Of a stretch of DNA of 64,000 nt, positions 8,931 to 18,222 are shown one piece after another. The position numbers were made by a program, and so were the translations under genes. The stretch covers positions 96,940-160,939 of the forward strand of contig JAPLDI010000007.1 of the NCBI GenBank assembly GCA_026391795.1, given 5' to 3'. Position 1 is the stretch's first letter. Each line of letters opens with the position of its first letter. This DNA comes from Bacteroidota bacterium. Lineage in GTDB: Bacteria > Bacteroidota > Bacteroidia > Bacteroidales > FEN-979. Below the pieces are notes generated by a model. The model had not been told where the DNA came from. It made no database searches and was given only the letters and a program-made list of their open reading frames with translations.

Positions 8931-10031
8931 ATGAAAAGAACTTTACTATTTCTTGCAGTAACCTTGCTTTGCATTACTGAAAGTTACTCCCAGGCTACTT
9001 TTAATACGGGGGCTCTGGAGGTCGGAGTAAGCCAGTATGGCAGGTTCCGGCTTTCCACAACAGACGGCACCTTGCATCTGCAACGTGCTTCAATCCTTGT
9101 CGGAACTTCATCGACAGAGGTATTTGACTACACAAATGATGCAAACGAACTTGACCCAACGGTATTGGTCACCAGCCCTACCTTGAGTGATTTTGAGATT
9201 TACGGTTCCGTTGACAACTCATATTCCTCCCTGCCACCGAATGTAGTTGTAAAGTACAATGCTTACGGGTGGACTTCCGGGAGTTATACCGTCGTCAAAT
9301 TCAATGTCACGAATAATGAATCGAGTGCCATAACGGCTTCCATAGGATTGGATATTATTCCTGAAATAAATGAGACGTATGGATTCGATACCGTTACGTA
9401 CAACAGTGGTGCAGGTGTTATCCGGTTTCACAGAGGTGCAGTGGAAAACATGGGGATGAAACTCCTTTCCGCATCCTTTTCTTCCCTCTATTCATTCGAA
9501 TGGTTTACAGATTATTCTATAGACTCCAATTACTGGAACTGGATGAATTTTGGATCCCTGCAGCCCGTTTATATTTCGCCCACTGCAGACGGACCTGTTA
9601 CAATTACTTCGCAGGCTCCGGTCGTTATAGCTCCGGGGGAATCCTTTAATGTGTATTATGCAATGGCACTTGGAGCTGATGAGCAGACAATGTTATCCAA
9701 CATCTCGGAAGCAGAATTAAAATATCAGTCGGTGATTGCCTCTGTTTCAAACCTTGTCCCTCCAGCTGCTGAATTCAGCCTCGGGCAGAATTATCCAAAT
9801 CCGTTCAAGAATTCAACTTCAATCCGCTATACGTTACCCGGTGATGGGTTTGTAAGCCTGAAGATCTATAATGTTATCGGGAATGAAGTGGCTACTCTTG
9901 TAAGTTCAAACCAAACACGAGGTTCACACATGGTTCAGTATGGTGTACAAGATCTGCCAACCGGGGTTTATTATTACACGCTCAGGTATAATGACGAGGT
10001 CAGGTCGAGTAAGATGTTCGTGAATAAATAA
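8931..10031 (+). CDS. Secreted protein with T9SS type A C-terminal sorting domain; N-terminal function unknown
   Basis: Signal peptide; CTD LGQNYPNPF...LKIYNVIG.EV...LPTGVYYY...KMFVNK. Confidence 0.85.
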   Translation: MKRTLLFLAVTLLCITESYSQATFNTGALEVGVSQYGRFRLSTTDGTLHLQRASILVGTSSTEVFDYTNDANELDPTVLVTSPTLSDFEIYGSVDNSYSSLPPNVVVKYNAYGWTSGSYTVVKFNVTNNESSAITASIGLDIIPEINETYGFDTVTYNSGAGVIRFHRGAVENMGMKLLSASFSSLYSFEWFTDYSIDSNYWNWMNFGSLQPVYISPTADGPVTITSQAPVVIAPGESFNVYYAMALGADEQTMLSNISEAELKYQSVIASVSNLVPPAAEFSLGQNYPNPFKNSTSIRYTLPGDGFVSLKIYNVIGNEVATLVSSNQTRGSHMVQYGVQDLPTGVYYYTLRYNDEVRSSKMFVNK

Positions 10032-10080
10032 TCACGTTGATCGTTTCAGGGTGGATTTACACACCTGATGTTTGACACAC

Positions 10081-10128
10081 AAAAACCGGGAAGAAGATGA
10101 ACGGACGTTTATCTTCTTCCCGGTTTTT
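10081..10128. terminator. Bidirectional intrinsic terminator
   Basis: AAAAACCGGGAAGAAGATGAACG-GA-CGTTTATCTTCTTCCCGGTTTTT long hairpin between convergent genes. Confidence 0.85.
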
Positions 10129-10137
10129 TAGCATTGT

Positions 10138-11340
10138 CTACAGTTTGATCTGGGCAATCGTCATGGCATGCGGACTAACCCCTGTCAGCCAGTCTTCCTG
10201 GTTGGATCCGTCCAGGTTGGCCCTGATAATCTTCCCGTCGGGACCAGAGTTTGAGATCTTAAATCCCCAGAAAAGCTTGTTATTCTGAAGGTCAATGGTT
10301 ACCCCCCAGGTGGCTTTTGTTCCGTAATCACCGATCTTGACCACGTTTGTACCGTCGATGTTGCACATATAGATGCCATTTTCAGTAGCTACTGTGCCTG
10401 CAGCTGCATAGAGGGCCATGTAAGTTTTCCCGTTCCTGAAATCCATCTCGATTGCGGTGCCGTCGATGCCCGGAATAATTTCTGTAAGTCCTGACCCATC
10501 CATGTTCACAGACCAGTATCCCCCGCTGTAATCCGTTTTATCATTGACCAGGTATATTTTGTTCGATGCCGGGTCGTATTGCATATCAATCGGATACTCG
10601 GGCGGACTTCCGTTTGTGTTAATAAAGACTTCGGGATTACTGCCATCGAGGTTGGCCCGGTAGATCCCTCCCGTCCGGCCCCAGTAAATCTTATCGGCGA
10701 GAACGAAAATGGCTTCGGCATCTCCTACGATCTCCTGACCGGGAACATTGGCATCAAGAATTTTCTGTGGATTCTTGCCGTCGGCATCGAACCGGTAGAT
10801 AGCCTTGACGGAATAGTCGCTTATATAGACTTTCCTGTGGGCTGTATCAACTGCAATTCCGTATGGTCTTTCCATGTCGGTAGCAACAAAATCCTGAATG
10901 AGTGGCGCAGCCGTATCGATAACGACCATGTGGCCATTTCCAAACGTTGCACCCCGGGTAGTAAAGTAAAATACATTGGTCAGGCCGGCAAGCGGATCTT
11001 TGACATTCACAACCATGGTTTTATTGATTGTGTTGTAATATACCTGATTTTGCGGTGTACAGGTCAGCTTGACACTGTACAGCCCGGGTTTCGAATAACT
11101 GGTCACAGGGTTGGCTTCCGTTGAGGTCTGGCCGTTTCCGAAATCCCAGGAATAACCTACAGCATTCAGCGACAGGTTAGTGAAGGTGACTTCACAGGGT
11201 GCGTATCCCTCGTTGTTGGCAACATAACTGAAATCGGCCACGGTACTTGCAGGAGGAGTCCCCATATCCTTTTTTTTGCATCCGGCTGCCAGTGACAGGA
11301 CGATCAGGATCAAGATGAGATATAACAGGTTTCTTTTCAT
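10138..11340 (-). CDS. Surface lipoprotein with PKD domain and YWTD/LDL-receptor-like beta-propeller (SusE/F position)
   Basis: Lipobox AAGC-KKKD, PKD motif YSWDFGNG...PG.Y.V.LT, repeated IYW/I.RANLDGS blades. Confidence 0.8.
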   Translation of the reverse strand: MKRNLLYLILILIVLSLAAGCKKKDMGTPPASTVADFSYVANNEGYAPCEVTFTNLSLNAVGYSWDFGNGQTSTEANPVTSYSKPGLYSVKLTCTPQNQVYYNTINKTMVVNVKDPLAGLTNVFYFTTRGATFGNGHMVVIDTAAPLIQDFVATDMERPYGIAVDTAHRKVYISDYSVKAIYRFDADGKNPQKILDANVPGQEIVGDAEAIFVLADKIYWGRTGGIYRANLDGSNPEVFINTNGSPPEYPIDMQYDPASNKIYLVNDKTDYSGGYWSVNMDGSGLTEIIPGIDGTAIEMDFRNGKTYMALYAAAGTVATENGIYMCNIDGTNVVKIGDYGTKATWGVTIDLQNNKLFWGFKISNSGPDGKIIRANLDGSNQEDWLTGVSPHAMTIAQIKL

Positions 11341-11370
11341 AGGTTTCTCTTTTATCAGATTGAAAAATGA

Positions 11371-12705
11371 TCAATAACCAGGATTCTGTGTCATCAGCGT
11401 ATTGGTTTGTAACTCGCTGAGCGGGATCGGGAAGAGCGTATGGTTCTGATCGATCCCCAGGAGGATGGTTGCTCTTTTTGTCCTGACAAGGTCAGACCAC
11501 CGTTGGCTTTCAAAAGCAAATTCGTGTCTGCGTTCATTCTCAATGACCAGCTTCAGTTCGGTGTAATCAGTGGATGTGGTGGGGGGCAGACCAGCCCTGG
11601 CCCTGAGGATGTTCACATCATTTCTGATATCCTCCAGGGCTCCGTTCGAATAGGCACGTGCCTCAGCGCGGATCAGGTACATTTCGGCCAGGCGAAGAAC
11701 ATAAATCCGGTCAGTTCCTGCAGTGACGTCTTTGTATTTGTAGCCAAACGGCAGGTTTGTTGAATCGAAAGTGATGGAAGTTTCAAACCGGACCGTATCT
11801 GTAAGATGGAAACTCTGTACGAAGTCGGAAGGCGGGGATACCTCATACCGCCCCAGAAGGCTCCTGGGATAGAAATACTGGGCCAGAAGTGTGCGGTTCT
11901 GTGCATCAGATACGATTTCAAAAACAGACTCGGTGGTATTCCCGTTGAACAGTCCGGGATAATCCGGTGAAAGCGAATAGCCTCCTTCATTGATCACCTT
12001 GCCGGCCTTTTCAATGGCGAGGGTGGCAATGGATGGATCGCCGGTTTGCTGGAATTGGGTAAGGTAAACCCTCGCCAGTAATGCCGTTGCACTGAAAGAG
12101 GTGGCCCACCCCAATGCCCTTGTCGACGGCAGCAGCTCTTCTGCTTTCAACAGGTCAGAAATGATCTGCTGATAGACCTGGGGTACCGTGTTACGGGCCT
12201 GGTTGATGGTGCTGAGGTCAAGCGTAGGCTGGGTCTTGATCGGAACCCCTCCGAAAAAACAGACAAGGTTGAAATGACATAATGCCCTCATAAAAAGACC
12301 ATCCCCGGTATACATGTTCTTGTCTGCCGTACTCATATCAATATCGGGAATCTTTGCGAGAACATTGTTGACGCGGTTGATACAATCGTAGTTGGCCGTC
12401 CAAATCCCGTCGATGATGCCATTATCGGCAGCAATATTATTATCGGCGATCTGTGAATAATCCTGCGTCGTCCCGGTCCAAACAAGATTGTCGGCAGCAA
12501 GATCCTCCACGATGACCTGGTAGCGTCCGTAGATACCCGTTGAGTGCAATGCACTGTAGGATCCTGTAATGGCGTTTTCCACACCTGCTTTGTCCTTGAT
12601 AGCCTCTTCCAGAGAGATGGAGTCTGTAGGCTGAACATCCAGCAACTTGTTACAGGAAACTGATGTAAGGCCGATCAGGATCAGTATAATTGATAATTTT
12701 TTCAT
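11371..12705 (-). CDS. susD: RagB/SusD family nutrient-binding lipoprotein
   Basis: Lipobox SVSC, RALCHFNLV..FGGVP, RLAEMYLIRAEA, ERRHEFAFE..RW.DL.R, QNPGY end. Confidence 0.95.
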   Translation of the reverse strand: MKKLSIILILIGLTSVSCNKLLDVQPTDSISLEEAIKDKAGVENAITGSYSALHSTGIYGRYQVIVEDLAADNLVWTGTTQDYSQIADNNIAADNGIIDGIWTANYDCINRVNNVLAKIPDIDMSTADKNMYTGDGLFMRALCHFNLVCFFGGVPIKTQPTLDLSTINQARNTVPQVYQQIISDLLKAEELLPSTRALGWATSFSATALLARVYLTQFQQTGDPSIATLAIEKAGKVINEGGYSLSPDYPGLFNGNTTESVFEIVSDAQNRTLLAQYFYPRSLLGRYEVSPPSDFVQSFHLTDTVRFETSITFDSTNLPFGYKYKDVTAGTDRIYVLRLAEMYLIRAEARAYSNGALEDIRNDVNILRARAGLPPTTSTDYTELKLVIENERRHEFAFESQRWSDLVRTKRATILLGIDQNHTLFPIPLSELQTNTLMTQNPGY

Positions 12706-12723
12706 CTTTTTCAGGATTAAAGG

Positions 12724-15633
12724 TTAAAAAACAAAGTTCAATCCAACCAGCAAGGTGCGCGATTGCGGGTAGGTGAAGAAGTCGGTTCCGATAATGATAT
12801 TGCTGGAACCTCCATAGTAATTTACTTCAGGGTCCATCCCGAAATAATTGGTGAAGGTGTAAAGGTTTTGAATGGAGGCATAGATTTTGGCAGACTTCAT
12901 GCCGATATGCTTGATCCATTTCTTCTGAAAATTATAGCTCAGCGTAACATTTTTCACCCTGAGAAAAGATCCGTCTTCGATGAACCTGGATGATTTATAA
13001 GAGTCGCCCGCTTTGGGGAACTGTGTAATGTCGCCCGGTTTTTTCCAGCGGTTAACCATCCGTGTTGTCTGGTTGTCTTCACCGGTTCCCGATTCAAGGT
13101 AGATAAGTGTTGCATCGAATACGTCGTTCCCATAAACACCCTGGAGAAAGATAGAAAGTTCAAAGGACTTGTAGCTGAACACATTGGTCACTCCCATGGT
13201 CCAGTCGGGGTTCGGATCACCGATCTTTGTCCGGTCCAGTGATGTGATAATCCCGTCGTGGTTGATGTCCTCGTATATCAGGCTCCCGGTTGTAGGGTCG
13301 ACACCCAGGCATTTGTAGCCGTAAAAGATGCCGATGGGTTGCCCCACCTCAACACGGTTTCCCCCCCGGCCCATGTCATCAATCGGCTGATCATTGTATA
13401 GGCTGAGCACTTTGTTGCGGTTAGCAGCAAAGTTCAATGAGGTAGTCCATTTAAATTCCTTATCGATGTTAACGGTATTAAGCATGACCTCCAACCCTTT
13501 GTTCTCCAGCTGGCCGATGTTGGACGAGATGGTGTAATAACCGGATGATGCGGGGATGGGTCTCTGAAGAAGAAGGTCTTTGGTATGGTTGTAGTAAACA
13601 TCAAACGTAAGGTTGATCCTGTTTTTGAGTACCGAAACATCAAGACCCAGACCGGTCTGGGTGGTTGATTCCCATTTCAGGTCGGGATTGGGCAACTGTA
13701 TGGGAGCAATCCCTGACTTACCGCCATAATTGTACCCGCCACTGTAGAGCCCCAGCGAGGCAAAATCCCCGATCCCGTCATTGCCGGTAAGGCCGTAACT
13801 GGCCCTGAGCTTTATTTCATTGATCCATTTTGCCTTCTTCATGAATGGTTCTTCCGTCATACGCCAGGCAAAAGAACCTGCCGGAAAATATCCATAATGA
13901 TTGTTGGCCCCGAATTTCGAGGAACCGTCGGCTCTTGCAGTGACGCTGCAGATATATTTGAACTTGTAATTGTACTTCAGTTGTCCAAAGTAAGAATTGA
14001 GAACCCGGTCGAGGGCGGTTGCAGAAGCTGCCCGGATGGTGCCTGCCGAAGTGATATACTGGAGGTTGTCGTTCGGAAAATTAATGCCTTCGATATAGGT
14101 TGTCCGGTTTGCATATTTCTCAAAGCTGTAACCGACAAGGAAGTCAATGTTGTGTTTCTCCTTGATCTGCTTGATATACTGGAGAACATTGTTTGTCGTG
14201 ACGTTACTGGCATAATTGGTTCCTTCGATGCCCAGGCCATTGTACTTGGCCCCCTGGCGGGTGGTTGTCGGATCGTAACTATGCTCTCTGAGATTGTAAA
14301 TGTCAACCCCGAATTTCGATGTAAACGTAAATCCATCCAGGAATTTATATTCAACATACGCATTGCCACCGGTGCGGTTCGTATAGGCCATGTTCACTGA
14401 GTTTTCATAAATGGCGACCGGGTTTGCATAGGGACCGTCTTCATTATAGGTTCCGTCAGGATTGTAAACCGGGTAAATGGCAGGTATTGACATGGCATTC
14501 GGCAGGGGACCGTAGAGGGTTGCATCCCCTTCCACCCTGGCGTTTTTCGCGTAGGTAATTCCCACACCTCCACCGACAGTCAGGTTGGGAAGGATTTTAT
14601 AATCTGCGTTAAGACGGCCGTTGTAACGTTTGTAGGAAGTTCCCTTTACAACACCATCCTGGTCATAATAACTTCCGGAGATGAACAGCCGGAATTTATC
14701 ATTTCCGCTGCTGACCGAAAGTTCTGTATTTGAGGTGGGGGCCACCTTCAGGATCTCCTTCATCCAGTCGGTATTGATCCCCTGGACATTGGTTCCTTTA
14801 TATTCATTCCATTGATCGGCGTTCATCATGGGGATGATCCGTTCTTTGGGAAGCGTTTGCCATCCGTAACTCGTGTTAAGCGAAACGTCTGTCTTTCCGC
14901 GGGCACCCTTTTTTGTCGTGATCAGGATAACCCCGTTGGAAGCACGGGCACCGTACATGGATGTTGCGGAGGCGTCTTTAAGGATGGTCATTGATTCGAT
15001 ATCGTTGGGGTTGAGGTCGGTCATGGCATTAAGTTCCTGACCGCTCATTCCGATTTGCGAATATTCCCCGGTAATCGCGGGTATTCCATCGACAACCATC
15101 AGGGGTTGATTGCTGGCATTAATGGAACTGCCCCCCCTGAGCTTGATCATATTCTGCCCCCCGGGCGTCCCCGACTGAGGTACAACGGTAAGCCCGGCGG
15201 TTTGTCCAAGCAAAACCCCATCAATGGTGCGGATGGGGATGTTCTTGATCTCATCCTCATTCACCAGTTCAATGGACCCGGATATCAGTTTTTTGCTGGA
15301 TGTGCTGTATCCGACAACCACTACCTCGCCGAGAGGAATGTCCTGGTCAGCCATTTTAACATTGATGACCGTGTGCCCGTTGACATCAATTTCCTGGGTC
15401 TGCATTCCGATGTACGAAAATACCAGAATCCCTTTTCCGGGGGCCAGGAGTGAATACTTACCGTTGATGTCGGAAGTGGTTCCTTTCGTGGTCCCTTTGA
15501 CAAGAATGGTAACACCCGGAAGTGGTGAATTATCATCAGAGGAATGAATCCTTCCACTCACAGGAATGTCCTGTGCAACCAGCTGCTGGAATAGTACCCA
15601 AAACAATAATAATAAACAGTAAGGTTTTTTCAT
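12724..15633 (-). CDS. susC: SusC/RagA family TonB-dependent transporter
   Basis: N-terminal CarboxypepD_reg-like domain, plug LNPNDIESMTILKDASATSMYGARASNGVILITTKKG, NPDLKWE, C-terminal YP..RT...GLNFVF. Confidence 0.97.
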   Translation of the reverse strand: MKKPYCLLLLFWVLFQQLVAQDIPVSGRIHSSDDNSPLPGVTILVKGTTKGTTSDINGKYSLLAPGKGILVFSYIGMQTQEIDVNGHTVINVKMADQDIPLGEVVVVGYSTSSKKLISGSIELVNEDEIKNIPIRTIDGVLLGQTAGLTVVPQSGTPGGQNMIKLRGGSSINASNQPLMVVDGIPAITGEYSQIGMSGQELNAMTDLNPNDIESMTILKDASATSMYGARASNGVILITTKKGARGKTDVSLNTSYGWQTLPKERIIPMMNADQWNEYKGTNVQGINTDWMKEILKVAPTSNTELSVSSGNDKFRLFISGSYYDQDGVVKGTSYKRYNGRLNADYKILPNLTVGGGVGITYAKNARVEGDATLYGPLPNAMSIPAIYPVYNPDGTYNEDGPYANPVAIYENSVNMAYTNRTGGNAYVEYKFLDGFTFTSKFGVDIYNLREHSYDPTTTRQGAKYNGLGIEGTNYASNVTTNNVLQYIKQIKEKHNIDFLVGYSFEKYANRTTYIEGINFPNDNLQYITSAGTIRAASATALDRVLNSYFGQLKYNYKFKYICSVTARADGSSKFGANNHYGYFPAGSFAWRMTEEPFMKKAKWINEIKLRASYGLTGNDGIGDFASLGLYSGGYNYGGKSGIAPIQLPNPDLKWESTTQTGLGLDVSVLKNRINLTFDVYYNHTKDLLLQRPIPASSGYYTISSNIGQLENKGLEVMLNTVNIDKEFKWTTSLNFAANRNKVLSLYNDQPIDDMGRGGNRVEVGQPIGIFYGYKCLGVDPTTGSLIYEDINHDGIITSLDRTKIGDPNPDWTMGVTNVFSYKSFELSIFLQGVYGNDVFDATLIYLESGTGEDNQTTRMVNRWKKPGDITQFPKAGDSYKSSRFIEDGSFLRVKNVTLSYNFQKKWIKHIGMKSAKIYASIQNLYTFTNYFGMDPEVNYYGGSSNIIIGTDFFTYPQSRTLLVGLNFVF

Positions 15634-15647
15634 GGGTTAAAAATTGG

Positions 15648-16925
15648 TTAGTATTTATTGTTTAATGGAGTCAGGCTGATAGTTACAGGAGTGATATCCA
15701 TCAGGATCCGGGTAACTGTAAAATGATCCTGCTGAGGAGGACTGACGGAATAAAATCCTTCAGACAAAGGGGTTTTGCGCAAGGTGAGCAGGAACCCTGA
15801 AGTATTGCTGACAAAGGAGACATTCTGAACGGTATCTGTTTCTTTGTTATCAATCAGGTGAGCAGTGATGAGATCACGCAAGGAGACCTGGTTCCCGGAT
15901 AAGATCCCTGCCTGATCGGGAGGGTGACCATGATGATGCTCTTTGCCTTTCAGGGATTGCCTTCCGGTAGCCGGTAGTATGTTCCCGGTTGCAGGATCAT
16001 AGGAATCGCCTTCTTCAAGATAGGATAATGAAAGGTTCTCGATAAAGGGTATGTCCTGGACATAAGAGATACGGGCTCCGGAAGCATTGAGAATGGTGAC
16101 CCCGGAAGCGCCGGCAACGCTGATCATGTTTTTCTGGCTGTTGTATATCAGGGCAGTGTTTTCATCAACACCAAAACCCAGGCTGAACTCTTTTTTTGCA
16201 TCCATCAGGGCCAATGCCAGCCTACCGAGACGGGGCCTGGCATTAAAATGCTGATCGACCAGCCCGCAAGGGAAAAATCCAAGCCCGCTCATGACCAGCA
16301 CCCCCGTATCTTCCGGAAAATCATTCCCCTGGTAGCCCCTGATAATACCATGGCACAAAGCTGCAATACCGGTCCCGCCCCCGATCATGACCTCGCTCAT
16401 GATCGCGGCACCTGCACTGCTCCCGCCAATCACCCCACCCGAACGATATACATCCCACACTGCCCTGAGAACAGGTGTCTGACTTCCATCGGGGCGGTAG
16501 AGTGTTTTCAGGGTCCGCATCTGGTCACCACCGGTAAACCAGACTGCCGAACATTTGCTTATGATTCTGGCTAACCGCGTATCATTCCCGTTATCCTTCC
16601 ACTCCGATTCATTTACATCCTTGGTACTGTCATCATCGATCATGGCCACATTCACGAGGTGAATGTTTTCAGGATTTAGCCCGTAAGAAATCAGGATGTT
16701 CCTGAAACTTGCGTATGACTGCATGGGGACGCCACTGGCTGAGGGAATCACGGCAAATGTGGCTTTTTCCTTTCCTCCCGCAAAAGCGATCAACTGCTCG
16801 TAGATACTTTTGTTGTCAGCTTCCAGCCCCCCCCCAACGATTACAAGGTTCCCTTTCGGGGCTGACTGTCCCATGGATTCGATGACAAGAAAAAAGAGGG
16901 ATAGTACAAGTAAAGGTCTTACCAT
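15648..16925 (-). CDS. cphE: Exported cyanophycinase (peptidase S51, CphE-like)
   Basis: LVIVGGG, FTGGDQ, nucleophile GSSAG, DQHF..R.RLGR, GVDENT (Ser-His-Glu triad and substrate arginines); N-terminal signal peptide. Confidence 0.88.
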   Translation of the reverse strand: MVRPLLVLSLFFLVIESMGQSAPKGNLVIVGGGLEADNKSIYEQLIAFAGGKEKATFAVIPSASGVPMQSYASFRNILISYGLNPENIHLVNVAMIDDDSTKDVNESEWKDNGNDTRLARIISKCSAVWFTGGDQMRTLKTLYRPDGSQTPVLRAVWDVYRSGGVIGGSSAGAAIMSEVMIGGGTGIAALCHGIIRGYQGNDFPEDTGVLVMSGLGFFPCGLVDQHFNARPRLGRLALALMDAKKEFSLGFGVDENTALIYNSQKNMISVAGASGVTILNASGARISYVQDIPFIENLSLSYLEEGDSYDPATGNILPATGRQSLKGKEHHHGHPPDQAGILSGNQVSLRDLITAHLIDNKETDTVQNVSFVSNTSGFLLTLRKTPLSEGFYSVSPPQQDHFTVTRILMDITPVTISLTPLNNKY

Positions 16926-17049
16926 ACTCTTTCGTTAAATGATTTAATTGTCTGGCAGGAATAATTAATTGCTAATATATTAAATTTGTTAAAAACTGAA
17001 TAAATTAAAAATTAATTTTTCTCAACTTTGCCTGTTAAAATCCAAGATT

Positions 17050-18177
17050 ATGCTGACACTCCTGAAAAATGCACAGGTCTATGGTCCGGATCACTTCGGA
17101 AAGAAAGATATCCTGACTGGCGGACATATCATCCTTGCCATAAATGATCACCTGGAACCTCCCGCGGGAGCGGATGTGAACGTCATTGACTGTAAAGGAC
17201 TCCGGATTGTTCCCGGGTTCATCGACAGCCATGTGCATATTACAGGAGGGGGCGGTGAAGGCGGGCCGGCAAGCAGGATGCCTGAACTCCAGCTAAACAT
17301 GATGTTTGAGGGCGGTGTCACTACCGTGATTGGATGCCTTGGTACGGATGGCATCACCCGAACAGTGGAAAGCGTGCTGATGAAAGTCAAATCCCTGCGG
17401 GCACTGGGTGTTTCCGCCTGGATGTATACCGGGGCATACCAGGTTCCCACCCCTACAATTACAGGCGATATCGGAAAAGACATTGCCCTGTTCGAAGAGA
17501 TCATCGGGGTTGGCGAGATTGCCATCTCCGACCACCGTTCTTCGGTCCCTTCGGTTGCAGAACTGGCCCGCATCACAGCCCAGGCCCGCGTGGCAGGCAT
17601 GATTGGCGGAAAGGCCGGCATTGTTAATGTACACATGGGAGATGCCAAGGACCCATTTCGTCCCCTCCATGAAGTGGTCGCCAGCACCGAGATGGGATAC
17701 CGGCAGTTCGTGCCGACCCATTGCAACCGTAACCCATACATATTTGAAGATTCCAGGGAATACGGGAAAAAGGGCTATGTGGATATCACCACAAGCTCTT
17801 ATCCTTACGATAAGGATGTAGAGATAAAACCATCAGTGGCGCTAAAACAGCTGCTTGAAGCAGGTGTCCCTGACGATCATATCACATTCACATCCGATGG
17901 CTGTGGTTCGCTTCCCAGTTTCGATGCGGAAGGAAGGCTGATCAAGATTGATATGGGTTTGCCGTCATCCATTCTGAGGGAGATCAAGGAATCTGTGATG
18001 GAGGATAAAATCCCCCTGGAAACCGCTTTAAAAGTTGCCACTTCCAACCCTGCCGATATCCTTAAGTTAAAACGGAAAGGTCATATCCGGGAAGGTGGCG
18101 ATGCAGACTTGCTACTGGTTGATGATGGGTTCAATATTATTTACCTGATGGCGATGGGCAATATTGTGCAAGGGTGA
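17050..18177 (+). CDS. iadA: Isoaspartyl dipeptidase (beta-aspartyl peptidase, amidohydrolase M38)
   Basis: DSHVHITGGGGEGG, GCLGTDG, YTGAYQVP, ISDHRSS, HMGD, PTHCNR, TSDGCGSLP motifs. Confidence 0.95.
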   Translation: MLTLLKNAQVYGPDHFGKKDILTGGHIILAINDHLEPPAGADVNVIDCKGLRIVPGFIDSHVHITGGGGEGGPASRMPELQLNMMFEGGVTTVIGCLGTDGITRTVESVLMKVKSLRALGVSAWMYTGAYQVPTPTITGDIGKDIALFEEIIGVGEIAISDHRSSVPSVAELARITAQARVAGMIGGKAGIVNVHMGDAKDPFRPLHEVVASTEMGYRQFVPTHCNRNPYIFEDSREYGKKGYVDITTSSYPYDKDVEIKPSVALKQLLEAGVPDDHITFTSDGCGSLPSFDAEGRLIKIDMGLPSSILREIKESVMEDKIPLETALKVATSNPADILKLKRKGHIREGGDADLLLVDDGFNIIYLMAMGNIVQG

Positions 18178-18222
18178 TAAAGTGAAAATATTTTTATTTA
18201 ATTTAAACTTGCCTGCTTCATT

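Noticed and set aside
16950-17015. ArgR (ARG) boxes in the cphE-iadA spacer
   Set aside because: Only a half-site (TGAATAAAT) in very AT-rich DNA; not distinguishable from chance
15648-18177. Cyanophycin storage (cphA-cphB) locus
   Set aside because: No cyanophycin synthetase in the window and the hydrolase carries a signal peptide, which points to scavenging
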